Shown in pieces: positions 9,828 to 18,589 of a stretch of 37,480 nucleotides of DNA. Position 1 is the stretch's first letter. Every line of letters begins with the position of its first letter. Location of the stretch: sequence record DRR723986_1802, one strand, 5' to 3'. Below the pieces are notes generated by a model. It was given only the letters and a program-made list of their open reading frames with translations, searched no databases and was not told the DNA's origin. The translations under genes were made by a program, and so were the position numbers.

Positions 9828-10838
9828 ATGACAAAACAACCTGCCCTGCGTTCCTTTGGGGCGCTGCCGAATGGCCAAACTGTGTGGCAAATCCCGATCG
9901 TAGGGCAGGGGTTGCGCGCCAATGTGCTGAGCTTTGGCGCGACCTTGCAAAGCCTTCATCTGGAGGGCCACCCGCAATCTCTGGTCTTGGGTTTGAATGA
10001 TCTTGAGGGGTATCTTGGCCAAGCCATCTATCTGGGCGCAACGGTCGGGCGCTGTGCCAACCGGATTGCAGAGGGCCGGTTTTCCATCGACGGCACCGCT
10101 TATCAAGCCGACCAGAATTTTCTCGACAGGCATATGCTTCACGGTGGGCGCGAGGGCACATCGCGGCTGAATTGGCAGGTTGCGGATCACCGGCTGGACC
10201 GGGTCACGCTTGCGCTGCATTTGGCCGATGGTCACATGGGTTTTCCCGGTGCGCTGGATGTAGAGCTAACCTATGCTATTACGGCAGGTCCGGCCCTTCA
10301 GGTTCAGATCACCGCAACATCGAGCCTGCCAACCCCGTGCAATTTTGCCCATCACGGGTATTTCAACCTGGGCCTGTCCGGGTCGGTTCTGGATCACGTG
10401 CTTTATAGCCCTGCCCAGCAATACCAGAGGCCTGACGAAGGGTTGATACCGCATGACGCGCCGGAGCCATTGACCGGCCACGCCTTTGATCTGCGCCGCG
10501 CCAAACCCCTGAGTGCCGCGTTGCTGGACGGCGGGATTGATCACAACTATTGCTTCGACCACCGCCAAGGTCAGGCGCACCTTGCCCGCCTGAGCGCCCC
10601 TGACAGCGGCATCAGCATGGATATTCACAGCACCGAACCGGGTTTGCAGATCTATGACGGGGCGCTGACCAATCTGGTGTCTGAGGGTGGGGCGCAGTGG
10701 CCGGAATACGCCGGTATCGCGCTTGAGCCGCAGAACTGGCCCAACGCGGTCAACAACCCGCTTGCCCCTTCGCCGATCCTGCGCCCCGGCGCGGTTTATC
10801 GGCAGCGGACCGCCTTTGTGTTTTCCGCCGGCACCTGA
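9828..10838 (+). CDS. galM: Aldose 1-epimerase (mutarotase)
   Basis: GATVGRCANRI, LHGG, NFAHHGYFNL, IDHNY and IALEPQNWPN motifs. Confidence 0.9.
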   Translation: MTKQPALRSFGALPNGQTVWQIPIVGQGLRANVLSFGATLQSLHLEGHPQSLVLGLNDLEGYLGQAIYLGATVGRCANRIAEGRFSIDGTAYQADQNFLDRHMLHGGREGTSRLNWQVADHRLDRVTLALHLADGHMGFPGALDVELTYAITAGPALQVQITATSSLPTPCNFAHHGYFNLGLSGSVLDHVLYSPAQQYQRPDEGLIPHDAPEPLTGHAFDLRRAKPLSAALLDGGIDHNYCFDHRQGQAHLARLSAPDSGISMDIHSTEPGLQIYDGALTNLVSEGGAQWPEYAGIALEPQNWPNAVNNPLAPSPILRPGAVYRQRTAFVFSAGT

Positions 10839-10849
10839 AGGACCGAAAG

Positions 10850-11710
10850 CTATAGCAGGACCTGATGCTCTTGCTGGCCTTTGATTGTTGTTTGGATCAC
10901 GAATGTCTTGCCTTGATCCGCCTGATCCTCTGGCAGCCCATCCACCGCCGAAGTTGCAAACAACCGATCCATCCCAGATCCGCCAAAGGCGGGGCAGCTG
11001 ATTTGCTGTGCCGGAAATTCCACCGCACTGACGAAAGACCCGTCCGGCGCATAACGGGCCACACGCGATGCGCCCCATTGGGCGTTCCACAGATGTCCGG
11101 CATCATCCACAACGGTCCCATCGGGGAACAGACCCTCAGCCCGAAGATCGGCAAACACCTGTGGTCTGCCTTGCGGCCAGCCGTCTTTGTCCAGGGGCTG
11201 TTTGTGAATGATCTGCGTCGGGGTGTCCGTGAAATAGGCAACCTTGCCATCGGGTGCAAAACAGATGGCGTTCGGGATCGTCAGCTGGTCAAAAATCTGG
11301 CGCAACTGACCTTTGTAAAAGCGGTAGATTGCCCCTGCGCCCGCTTCGATATTCTTGCCCATGGTTCCGATCCAGAACCCGCCAAACGGATCTGCGCGGC
11401 CATCGTTGGAACGGGTGATCAGGTTGGAAGCCTCCAGCGGGGTCATCTGCTGCCGGGCGCCGGTTTCCAGATTGAAGGTAAAGAGCTGGGTTTCACTGGC
11501 GATCAAGATCGTGTCATGGTCGATCCAGCCAGCGGCGGAGACATATTCGTCAAACGCCCAGGTGATCGGTTTACCGCTGTGTTTGCTGTGCAACTTTCGA
11601 CCCAAAATATCGAACCAAAAAAGCTGTTGCCGCAACGGGTGCCAAAACACACCTTCGCCCAAGCGGCAGCGGCGTTGGTCAAATATCTCTGCTGTTGCAC
11701 CTGCCGCCAT
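10850..11710 (-). CDS. SMP-30/gluconolactonase family sugar lactonase
   Basis: LGEGVFW, RSNDGRAD, PNAICF and PDGTVVD. ATG at 11710 overlaps the upstream TGA (TGATG). Confidence 0.9.
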   Translation of the reverse strand: MAAGATAEIFDQRRCRLGEGVFWHPLRQQLFWFDILGRKLHSKHSGKPITWAFDEYVSAAGWIDHDTILIASETQLFTFNLETGARQQMTPLEASNLITRSNDGRADPFGGFWIGTMGKNIEAGAGAIYRFYKGQLRQIFDQLTIPNAICFAPDGKVAYFTDTPTQIIHKQPLDKDGWPQGRPQVFADLRAEGLFPDGTVVDDAGHLWNAQWGASRVARYAPDGSFVSAVEFPAQQISCPAFGGSGMDRLFATSAVDGLPEDQADQGKTFVIQTTIKGQQEHQVLL

Positions 11711-12510
11711 CAGATCCATCCGCCATCGACCGAGAACTCTTGCCCTGTGCACATCGCGCTGTCATCCGCAGACAGAAATAGCGCCATCGCGGCCGCATCT
11801 TCGGGGGTGATGCGACCGGCGAGCGGTTGATTGGCCTGCAAGAACACCTCGCCCTCTGCATCCAGATGCAAGGCGATTTGGCGGTCGGTCATCACCCATC
11901 CGGGCAACACCGTGTTGATCCGCACGCCCGCCGCGCCCAGCGGTTTGACAAAGGAACGGGTCAACCCATGCAAGGCGGCCTTGGCCGTTGTATAGGCTGG
12001 CATGCTGTCCACTTTGGCCTTCCATGAGATCGAACCAAAGTTGACGATGCTGCCCTGCTTGCGGTCGATCATGGTCTCTGCGACGGCCTGAATGGCAAAG
12101 AACGCTGGTCGCAGGTTCACGTCAAAGGATTGGTTCCACCCTTCGGGCGTCAGATCCTGCATTGCATGACGGGTGTCGTTGGCCACGTTGTTGACCAGAA
12201 TATCAACTGGCCCCACGGCATCCGAAAATTCCGCAATTGCGGTCTGAAGCGCTGCGATGTCGGTGACATCAACCCGGCGAAACCACGCCGTACCCCCGGT
12301 GTCGGTGATCTGCTGGCAAAGCTGCTGACCCTGCTGCTCTGCGATGTCGATAAAGCCGACAGAGACCCCCTGATCCGCGTAGGCCTGTACCATCGCGGCG
12401 CCAATGCCCGTCGCGCCGCCGGTCACAAAGGCGCATTTGCCTTTCAGGCTTGGATAGGCGGCAAAGGCCCGCCGGGCCGAGGTGAGGGGGGCGGCATCAA
12501 TGGTTGTCAC
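11710..12510 (-). CDS. SDR aldose 1-dehydrogenase (Caulobacter XylB / rhizobial GalD-like)
   Basis: [46 protein letters not shown] and DGGW. Confidence 0.85.
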   Translation of the reverse strand: MTTIDAAPLTSARRAFAAYPSLKGKCAFVTGGATGIGAAMVQAYADQGVSVGFIDIAEQQGQQLCQQITDTGGTAWFRRVDVTDIAALQTAIAEFSDAVGPVDILVNNVANDTRHAMQDLTPEGWNQSFDVNLRPAFFAIQAVAETMIDRKQGSIVNFGSISWKAKVDSMPAYTTAKAALHGLTRSFVKPLGAAGVRINTVLPGWVMTDRQIALHLDAEGEVFLQANQPLAGRITPEDAAAMALFLSADDSAMCTGQEFSVDGGWI

Positions 12511-14281
12511 GGGGCACCTGATTTTGCTGTGCGATGGCGTGGTATTTGACCGCTGGTTTCAAAACCATGCCGCGATCAAGTTGACCGACCATGCCGCGTT
12601 GGATTTCTTGCCACGGGGTCTGATGGGCGGGGTATTGATAGCCGCCAGCCTGTTCCAGCGCCTCTTTGCGCGCGGACATTTCAGTATCGGAAATCAGCAC
12701 ATTCACCTTGCGGAGCGCCAGGTCAATCCGAATCCGATCACCGGTTTGCAGCAAGGCCAAGCCACCGCCTGCTGCGGCTTCGGGGCTGGCATTGAGAATG
12801 GAGGGGCTGCCGGATGTGCCCGACTGACGGCCATCACCAAGTGTGGGCAGCTCTGAAATTCCGGCGCGGATCAGGGCGGCGGGCGGCTGCATATTCACCA
12901 CTTCTGCGCCGCCGGGGTATCCGATGGGTCCCGCGCCGCGGATCACCAGAACGCAATCGGCGTCAATCTCCAATGCCGCGTCATCGATCCGGTCGTGATA
13001 ATCCTCTGGTCCGTCAAACACGATGGCGCGGACCTCAAAGGCATCGGGATCATCGGGGTCAGACAGGTACCTGTTGCGAAAATCGGGCGAGATCACGGAT
13101 GTTTTCATGATCGCGCTGTCAAACAGATTGCCCGACAAATTAAGAAAACCCGCCGCCTCTTTCATCGGATCAGCCACAGTGCGGATCACGTCCCGCTCTG
13201 ACACTTTGGCATCGGCATAGATCTCGGCGATTGACTTGCCCGTGATCGTCATGGCGCCCGGATGCGGCAACACTCCGGCAGCCAGCAATTCCTTTACAAC
13301 CGCTGGCACCCCGCCTGCGCGATAGAAATCCTCGCCCAAGTACTCACCTGCGGGCTGCACATTGCACAGCAGTGGAATGTGGTGGCCCAAACTGTGCCAG
13401 TCATCATTGCTCAGCGGGACATCCAGATGGGCGGCAACTGCATTCAGGTGGATCGGCGCATTTGTGCTGCCGCCGAGGGCAGAATTGACCACAATCGCGT
13501 TTTCGAAGGCCGCGCGGGTCATCACGTCAGAGGGTTTGACGTCTTCATGCACCATGCCCACGATCCGCTGTCCGGTGTGGTAGGCCATCTGCCCCCGTTC
13601 ACGGTAAGGCGCGGGAATGGCCGCTGCGCCGGGCAATTGCATACCCAAAGCCTCGGCCAGACTGTTCATCGTGGTGGCGGTGCCCATGGTGTTGCAAAAC
13701 CCCACTGACGGGGTTGATGCCGTGGCCATTTTCATAAACTCGGCATTGTCAATCTCGCCCGCCGCCAGCATCTTGCGCGCCAGCCAGATGGATTGGCCGG
13801 TGCCGGATCGTTTGCCGTTGTGCCAACCGTTCAGCATCGGCCCGACCGAAAGCGCGACAGCGGGGATATCAACGGTTGCCGCCGCCATCAGCAGTGCCGG
13901 AGTGGTCTTGTCACAGCCAATGGTCAGCACCACGCCGTCCAGTGGATACCCATAAAGGCTTTCGACCAGTCCCAGATAGGCAAGGTTCCGGTCAAGCGCC
14001 GCCGTCGGGCGCTTGCCGGTTTCCTGAATCGGATGCACGGGAAATTCAAGGCAGATGCCACCCGCCGCCGTGATCCCGTCGCGCACCCGCTTGGCCAGCT
14101 CAATATGATGCCGGTTGCACGGGCTCAGATCGCTGCCGGTCTGGGCAATGCCGATGATCGGTTTGCCCGATTGCAGCTCTTCCAGCGTGAGCCCGTAGTT
14201 GAGGTAATGACCCAGATAAAGCGCGGTCATCGACGGGTTGTCTGGATTGTCGAACCACTGCTGTGACCGTAGCTTTTTCAT
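12497..14281 (-). CDS. IlvD/Edd-family sugar-acid (aldonate) dehydratase, XylD-like
   Basis: [11 protein letters not shown], [2Fe-2S] cysteines in SPCN, GCDKT and [16 protein letters not shown], and a C-terminal His (PRDNH). Confidence 0.92.
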   Translation of the reverse strand: MKKLRSQQWFDNPDNPSMTALYLGHYLNYGLTLEELQSGKPIIGIAQTGSDLSPCNRHHIELAKRVRDGITAAGGICLEFPVHPIQETGKRPTAALDRNLAYLGLVESLYGYPLDGVVLTIGCDKTTPALLMAAATVDIPAVALSVGPMLNGWHNGKRSGTGQSIWLARKMLAAGEIDNAEFMKMATASTPSVGFCNTMGTATTMNSLAEALGMQLPGAAAIPAPYRERGQMAYHTGQRIVGMVHEDVKPSDVMTRAAFENAIVVNSALGGSTNAPIHLNAVAAHLDVPLSNDDWHSLGHHIPLLCNVQPAGEYLGEDFYRAGGVPAVVKELLAAGVLPHPGAMTITGKSIAEIYADAKVSERDVIRTVADPMKEAAGFLNLSGNLFDSAIMKTSVISPDFRNRYLSDPDDPDAFEVRAIVFDGPEDYHDRIDDAALEIDADCVLVIRGAGPIGYPGGAEVVNMQPPAALIRAGISELPTLGDGRQSGTSGSPSILNASPEAAAGGGLALLQTGDRIRIDLALRKVNVLISDTEMSARKEALEQAGGYQYPAHQTPWQEIQRGMVGQLDRGMVLKPAVKYHAIAQQNQVPRDNH

Positions 14282-14293
14282 GGGACAGTCGCC

Positions 14294-15136
14294 TTACAGC
14301 GCGACAACGGTTTGGGTTTGTTCGCCCAAACCATCAATGCCAAGGCGCACCACATCGCCGGGGTTCAACCACACCTGCGGTTTCATGCCCGCGCCCACAC
14401 CCGGAGGGGTGCCGGTGCAGATCAGATCACCCGGTTCAAGGCGCAGAAACTCGCTGAGGTAGCTGACGATGGTCTGGCAATCAAAGATCATCGTGTCTGT
14501 ATTTCCGGTCTGCATCCGTTGGCCATTCACATCCAGCCACATGGGCAGTGCGGCGGCATCGCCAACCTCATCACCTGTCACAATCATCGGGCCGGTCGGG
14601 CAGAAATTGGGGAAGGATTTACCCTTGGACCACTGGCCAGAGCGTTCCTGCTGCCAGGCCCGTTCGGACACATCATTGACCAGTGTATAGCCAAGAATGT
14701 GATCTTTGGCTTCGGCCTTGGTGATGTCCAGCGCCGACTTGCCAATCACAATGCCCAGCTCAACCTCCCAATCCAGTTTGGTCATTTTGGGGCTGTGCAG
14801 GATCGGATCATTGGGCGCGCAGAACGTGCCGGAGGATTTGGTAAAAAGGATCGGCTCATCCGGTATAGGCAAACCCGCCTCGGCTGCGTGATCGGAGTAG
14901 TTCAAACCAATGCAATAGATATTGCGCGGCTGCGCCATCGGGCTGCCGACCCGCGTCCCGTCTGCCATGACCTCTGGCAAGGCTGCAAGATCGGTATTGG
15001 CGAGATTTGCCTGCAAGCCCTCAATCGTATCCGGCCCAATGTCGGCTGCAACACTGCGGATATCGCGGGCAACCCCGTTTTGATCCAACACGCATGGCAC
15101 TTCCTGCCCAGCATCACCCAATCGAAGAAATTTCAT
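14294..15136 (-). CDS. Fumarylacetoacetate hydrolase family protein (2,4-diketo acid hydrolase/LRA6-like)
   Basis: ATG at 15136 with AAGGA RBS. CIGLNYSDHAAE, KLDWEVEL, NDVSER, GQWSKGKS and GTPPGVG. Confidence 0.88.
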   Translation of the reverse strand: MKFLRLGDAGQEVPCVLDQNGVARDIRSVAADIGPDTIEGLQANLANTDLAALPEVMADGTRVGSPMAQPRNIYCIGLNYSDHAAEAGLPIPDEPILFTKSSGTFCAPNDPILHSPKMTKLDWEVELGIVIGKSALDITKAEAKDHILGYTLVNDVSERAWQQERSGQWSKGKSFPNFCPTGPMIVTGDEVGDAAALPMWLDVNGQRMQTGNTDTMIFDCQTIVSYLSEFLRLEPGDLICTGTPPGVGAGMKPQVWLNPGDVVRLGIDGLGEQTQTVVAL

Positions 15137-15146
15137 AATCTGTTCC

Positions 15147-16448
15147 TTAGTTCCTTTGTTTGCCCCACCAGGTCTGCGCCAGCGGCGCCCCCTGAACAAA
15201 GCTGTCGTTGCCCAGATCGCGCTGGATCCGCAGGCACTCATTCCATTTTACCATCCGTTCGGAGCGGGTAAACGAGCCGACCTTAAGCTGGCCGCATCCC
15301 AAACCTGTGGACAGATGGCTGATCGAGACATCTTCTGTCTCGCCCGACCGCGCAGAGACAATCGCGCCCCAGCTTTCTTTCACAGCGGCATCAAAACACG
15401 CAATGGATTCGCTCACGGTTCCGGCCTGGTTCACCTTGATCAGTGCCGCATTGCACGCCCCCTGCGAGATCGCCTCGCGCACCAGATCGGCGTTTGTGAC
15501 CAGATAATCATCGCCAATGATTTGAACACGACCCCCAAACCGGCGCGTGAACTCGGCCATGCCTTCTGGGTCGTCTTCGCCCAGCGGATCTTCGATCGAT
15601 GCAATGGGGTATGTGTCCAGCCAACGCCCCAGCATGTCGATCATGCCGCTGCTGTCCAACTCGCGGTCTTCGAGGGACAGCCGGTATTGTCCCGCCGTGC
15701 CAAACTCGGACGCGGCGATGTCGAGTGAGATCACAACACGGTCCCCCGGCTTTTCGCCGGCCTTCTCGATGGCTGCGACCAAGGTTTCCAGCGCCTCTTC
15801 GTTGCTGTCAAACTGCGGCCACCAGCCGCCTTCGTCTGCCACACCTGCCAGCTTGCCGCGCTGGGCCATGATATCGCCGGCGGCAAAGTAGACCTCGTTG
15901 GTAATTTCCATCACTTCGTCAAAGCTGGTCGCGCCAGGCACCATGATCATGAAATCCTGAATGTCGACGCGCCCGCCGGCGTGTGCGCCGCCGCCAAAGA
16001 TCTGGATTTCTGGCAAGGGCAACTTGGGGGTGCGGTCATAACTGTCCGCGACATGACGCCAAAGCGGTTTGCCTGCATGATCGGCAGCGGCGTGCAACAC
16101 GGCCAACGAAGTGGCGACCATGGCATTGCCGCCAAGATTTTTCTTCAGTGTAGAGGCATCGGCGTTGATAAGTGCAGCGTCAACCGCAGCCTGGTCCAAC
16201 CCATCCATCCCGCGGAGCCGGGGCGCGATGTGTCGTTCGATCCCGGCAAGCGCCTTCTGCACTCCCATGCCGCGCAGGGCTGTGCCGCCATCGCGCAGAT
16301 CGACCGCCTCGCGCGTGCCCCGTGATGCCCCGGCCGGGGCAATCGCCCGACCTGTTGATCCATCTGCAAGGGTGACCTCGACCTCGATTGTCGGATTGCC
16401 ACGCGAGTCCCAGACCCGCATGCCATGGATTGATGCAATTTCACTCAC
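15147..16448 (-). CDS. eno: Divergent enolase paralogue (phosphopyruvate hydratase family)
   Basis: DSRGNPT, GASRG, DEGG, LDIAASEF, SIEDP, GDD, LIKVNQ and RSGETED. Non-canonical QDFMI and SARSGE. Confidence 0.85.
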   Translation of the reverse strand: MSEIASIHGMRVWDSRGNPTIEVEVTLADGSTGRAIAPAGASRGTREAVDLRDGGTALRGMGVQKALAGIERHIAPRLRGMDGLDQAAVDAALINADASTLKKNLGGNAMVATSLAVLHAAADHAGKPLWRHVADSYDRTPKLPLPEIQIFGGGAHAGGRVDIQDFMIMVPGATSFDEVMEITNEVYFAAGDIMAQRGKLAGVADEGGWWPQFDSNEEALETLVAAIEKAGEKPGDRVVISLDIAASEFGTAGQYRLSLEDRELDSSGMIDMLGRWLDTYPIASIEDPLGEDDPEGMAEFTRRFGGRVQIIGDDYLVTNADLVREAISQGACNAALIKVNQAGTVSESIACFDAAVKESWGAIVSARSGETEDVSISHLSTGLGCGQLKVGSFTRSERMVKWNECLRIQRDLGNDSFVQGAPLAQTWWGKQRN

Positions 16449-17458
16449 GCTTGTGTGTCCTTTATTGCCTGATGGATGGTGCCGAAAACCTCGGCCAAGG
16501 TTGCTGGCGGCGCCAGAACCAAAGATCGCGCCAGATCGCGGGTCAGACTTTGCGAGGCGGCACTCAAATATTCGACGGGTGATTTACCATCGACCCGCCC
16601 CAGCATCAGCGCGGGCAACAACCGGCATATCCGCTGTTCCAATGCGCCTTCTGCTTCCCATATGATATGGGCGTGGTAGCTGTGCCAAAAGGCGCTGGCT
16701 TCCTGCAAATTAACTTCCGCCATCTGCGGCAGGTGAATGGATTTCAGCACCAGATGGTTGAGACAGAAGGATGGATCAAAACTGGCATCCCCAAGGGTTG
16801 CACATTCCGCATCCAGAACCACCGGACGCCCGCCGCGAAGCAAGATATTTTTCGGGCTGACGTCACCATGGACCAGCACGCGATCAGCCGAATAGAGCAT
16901 ATCCGCCAGCGCATGAAGGGCGCCGTGGCAATCCGGGTGCCGTCCTGCGGTGAAGGTCAAATAGGGCTCAATGCGCAGGGCGCGAAAATCGTCGGCATTG
17001 TGGAATGGCCCGGCATCGAATCCCTCTTGGGTCGAAGCGGCGTGAATGCGGCCCAGCAGATCGCCAACCACGGCGGCCTCGCCTTGCGGGGCTTGCCCTG
17101 CCAACAGCGCGTCTTTCCAAAGATAAACGTCAGCCCCATCCAGAAATTCCATGGCAAAACCATTGAGCGCATCGGAGCGGCCAAACAGTTCCACCGCGCC
17201 ATCGGGCGCGATGTCTGACGCCACGCGCAGCCATTCGTATTCGGCGCGGTTGCGATGGACCGGCGCGAACCAGTCTTCGGCAACTTTCAGCTTGGCCAAA
17301 GCGAACTTGGCACAGACTTTGCGGCCCTCAAATTCCACCATGGCAATGTCGGAGGCCACTCCGCCGGTCAAAGGCGTTGCGGTGCAGCTTTGCCCGGTTT
17401 TGAGCAAGCCAAGCTCGACCAGCAATTGCGCGCATCTTTTCTCTATTTCGTTTGCCAA
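16445..17458 (-). CDS. APH/choline kinase/MTR-kinase-fold phosphotransferase
   Basis: TTG start with GGGGAGG RBS. Gly loop LTGGVAS, Lys in VCAK, Brenner motif HGDVSPKNIL and metal loop LDAE...GDASFD. Confidence 0.85.
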   Translation of the reverse strand: MANEIEKRCAQLLVELGLLKTGQSCTATPLTGGVASDIAMVEFEGRKVCAKFALAKLKVAEDWFAPVHRNRAEYEWLRVASDIAPDGAVELFGRSDALNGFAMEFLDGADVYLWKDALLAGQAPQGEAAVVGDLLGRIHAASTQEGFDAGPFHNADDFRALRIEPYLTFTAGRHPDCHGALHALADMLYSADRVLVHGDVSPKNILLRGGRPVVLDAECATLGDASFDPSFCLNHLVLKSIHLPQMAEVNLQEASAFWHSYHAHIIWEAEGALEQRICRLLPALMLGRVDGKSPVEYLSAASQSLTRDLARSLVLAPPATLAEVFGTIHQAIKDTQA

Positions 17459-17479
17459 GGGTTGTGCCTCCCCGCATCG

Positions 17480-17493
17480 TGTTCACGTGAACA
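17480..17493. promoter_or_regulatory. LacI-type operator
   Basis: Perfect 14-bp palindrome TGTTCACGTGAACA with a central CG, lying between the kinase operon and the divergent LacI gene. Confidence 0.8.
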
Positions 17494-17521
17494 TATGCGA
17501 TAACACCAACATAATTGTCAA
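17493..17521 (-). promoter_or_regulatory. Sigma70 promoter of the kinase-enolase operon
   Basis: Minus strand reads TTGACA-N17-GCATAT, immediately followed by the operator palindrome. Confidence 0.7.
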
Positions 17522-17572
17522 CACATCCAAACCAGAAATGCTAACCTGCGCCAAAACCAATAGGATTCTTTC

Positions 17573-18586
17573 TTGAGCAATCGCGTCACCATCAAGTCCA
17601 TTGCCAGAGATCTGGGAATTTCACATATGACAGTGTCACGGGCGCTTTCGGATCATCCGAATGTGCGGCCCGACACCCGCAAAGCCGTTCAGGATCATGC
17701 CCGCAAAGTCGGCTATGTGAAAAACGCCGCGGCAAAGGCCATGCGCGGCGACGGGACCAAGATTGTTGGCTTGCTGCTCCCCAATATCGTCAATGAATTC
17801 TATGCCCGCTTTGCCAATACGCTGGCGCAATCATGCGAAGATCTTTCGCTGCATCTGATCATCCATCTGACGAATGATGACCCCGAAACCGAGCTGCGCG
17901 CCTTTGAGCGATTGCACGAGGTTCAGGCAATGTCGGTGATCCACGTGCCGGCGCCGGGCGCGGTTCGGAATGTCTCGGCTCACCTCAACGGGGTGAATGT
18001 GATCCAGCTGATCCGGGAACAAGACATGGGCCAACCTGCGTCCTCCATACTGGTTGAGGACCACAGGCCCATTGGCGAAGCTGTGCAGCATTTGGCAGGA
18101 CTGGGCCACCGGTCCATCGGTTATATCGGTGCGGATGAACGGCTGTCCTCGGGGCGGGCGCGGCGCGCGGCGTTTGAGACCGGGCTCGCCTCAGCGGGCC
18201 TTGCGAGTGATGACCGCTTGATCACTCTCGGTGCCCCGGATTTTAGCACCGGCCAACGAAATGCAGCGCGATTGTTGGCAGCGGGCAATGTGACGGCGAT
18301 TGTCTGTGGCGGGTTCGAAATTTCAAACGGGGCGCTCAGCGTCTTTCTGGAGGCAGATCATGGCGCAGTGGAGGGCGCAGGCTTTGTCGGCTATGGCGAT
18401 CCGTCCTACTACGCCTGGCTGGGCGGGGGTGTGTCCACCATCGCAATGCAGGTGGATGAGCTGGCGCAAGAGGCGGTCCGCCTCGCCGCTTGCCCGCCCG
18501 AGGAGCAGCCCGTTAACAGAAGGTCGTTCGAGGCTTCGTTTGTTGCACGAAATACCCATCTTGCGCCCATGCGAGGCGGAGGGTAA
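17573..18586 (+). CDS. LacI-family transcriptional regulator
   Basis: VTIKSIARDLGISHMTVSRAL HTH, GYVKNAAAKAM hinge and a periplasmic-binding-protein-like C-terminal domain. Confidence 0.93.
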   Translation: MSNRVTIKSIARDLGISHMTVSRALSDHPNVRPDTRKAVQDHARKVGYVKNAAAKAMRGDGTKIVGLLLPNIVNEFYARFANTLAQSCEDLSLHLIIHLTNDDPETELRAFERLHEVQAMSVIHVPAPGAVRNVSAHLNGVNVIQLIREQDMGQPASSILVEDHRPIGEAVQHLAGLGHRSIGYIGADERLSSGRARRAAFETGLASAGLASDDRLITLGAPDFSTGQRNAARLLAAGNVTAIVCGGFEISNGALSVFLEADHGAVEGAGFVGYGDPSYYAWLGGGVSTIAMQVDELAQEAVRLAACPPEEQPVNRRSFEASFVARNTHLAPMRGGG

Positions 18587-18589
18587 CCC

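Noticed and set aside
16445-17458. Aminoglycoside resistance gene
   Set aside because: Only the APH fold is shared. It sits in a LacI-associated sugar operon with no mobile-element context.
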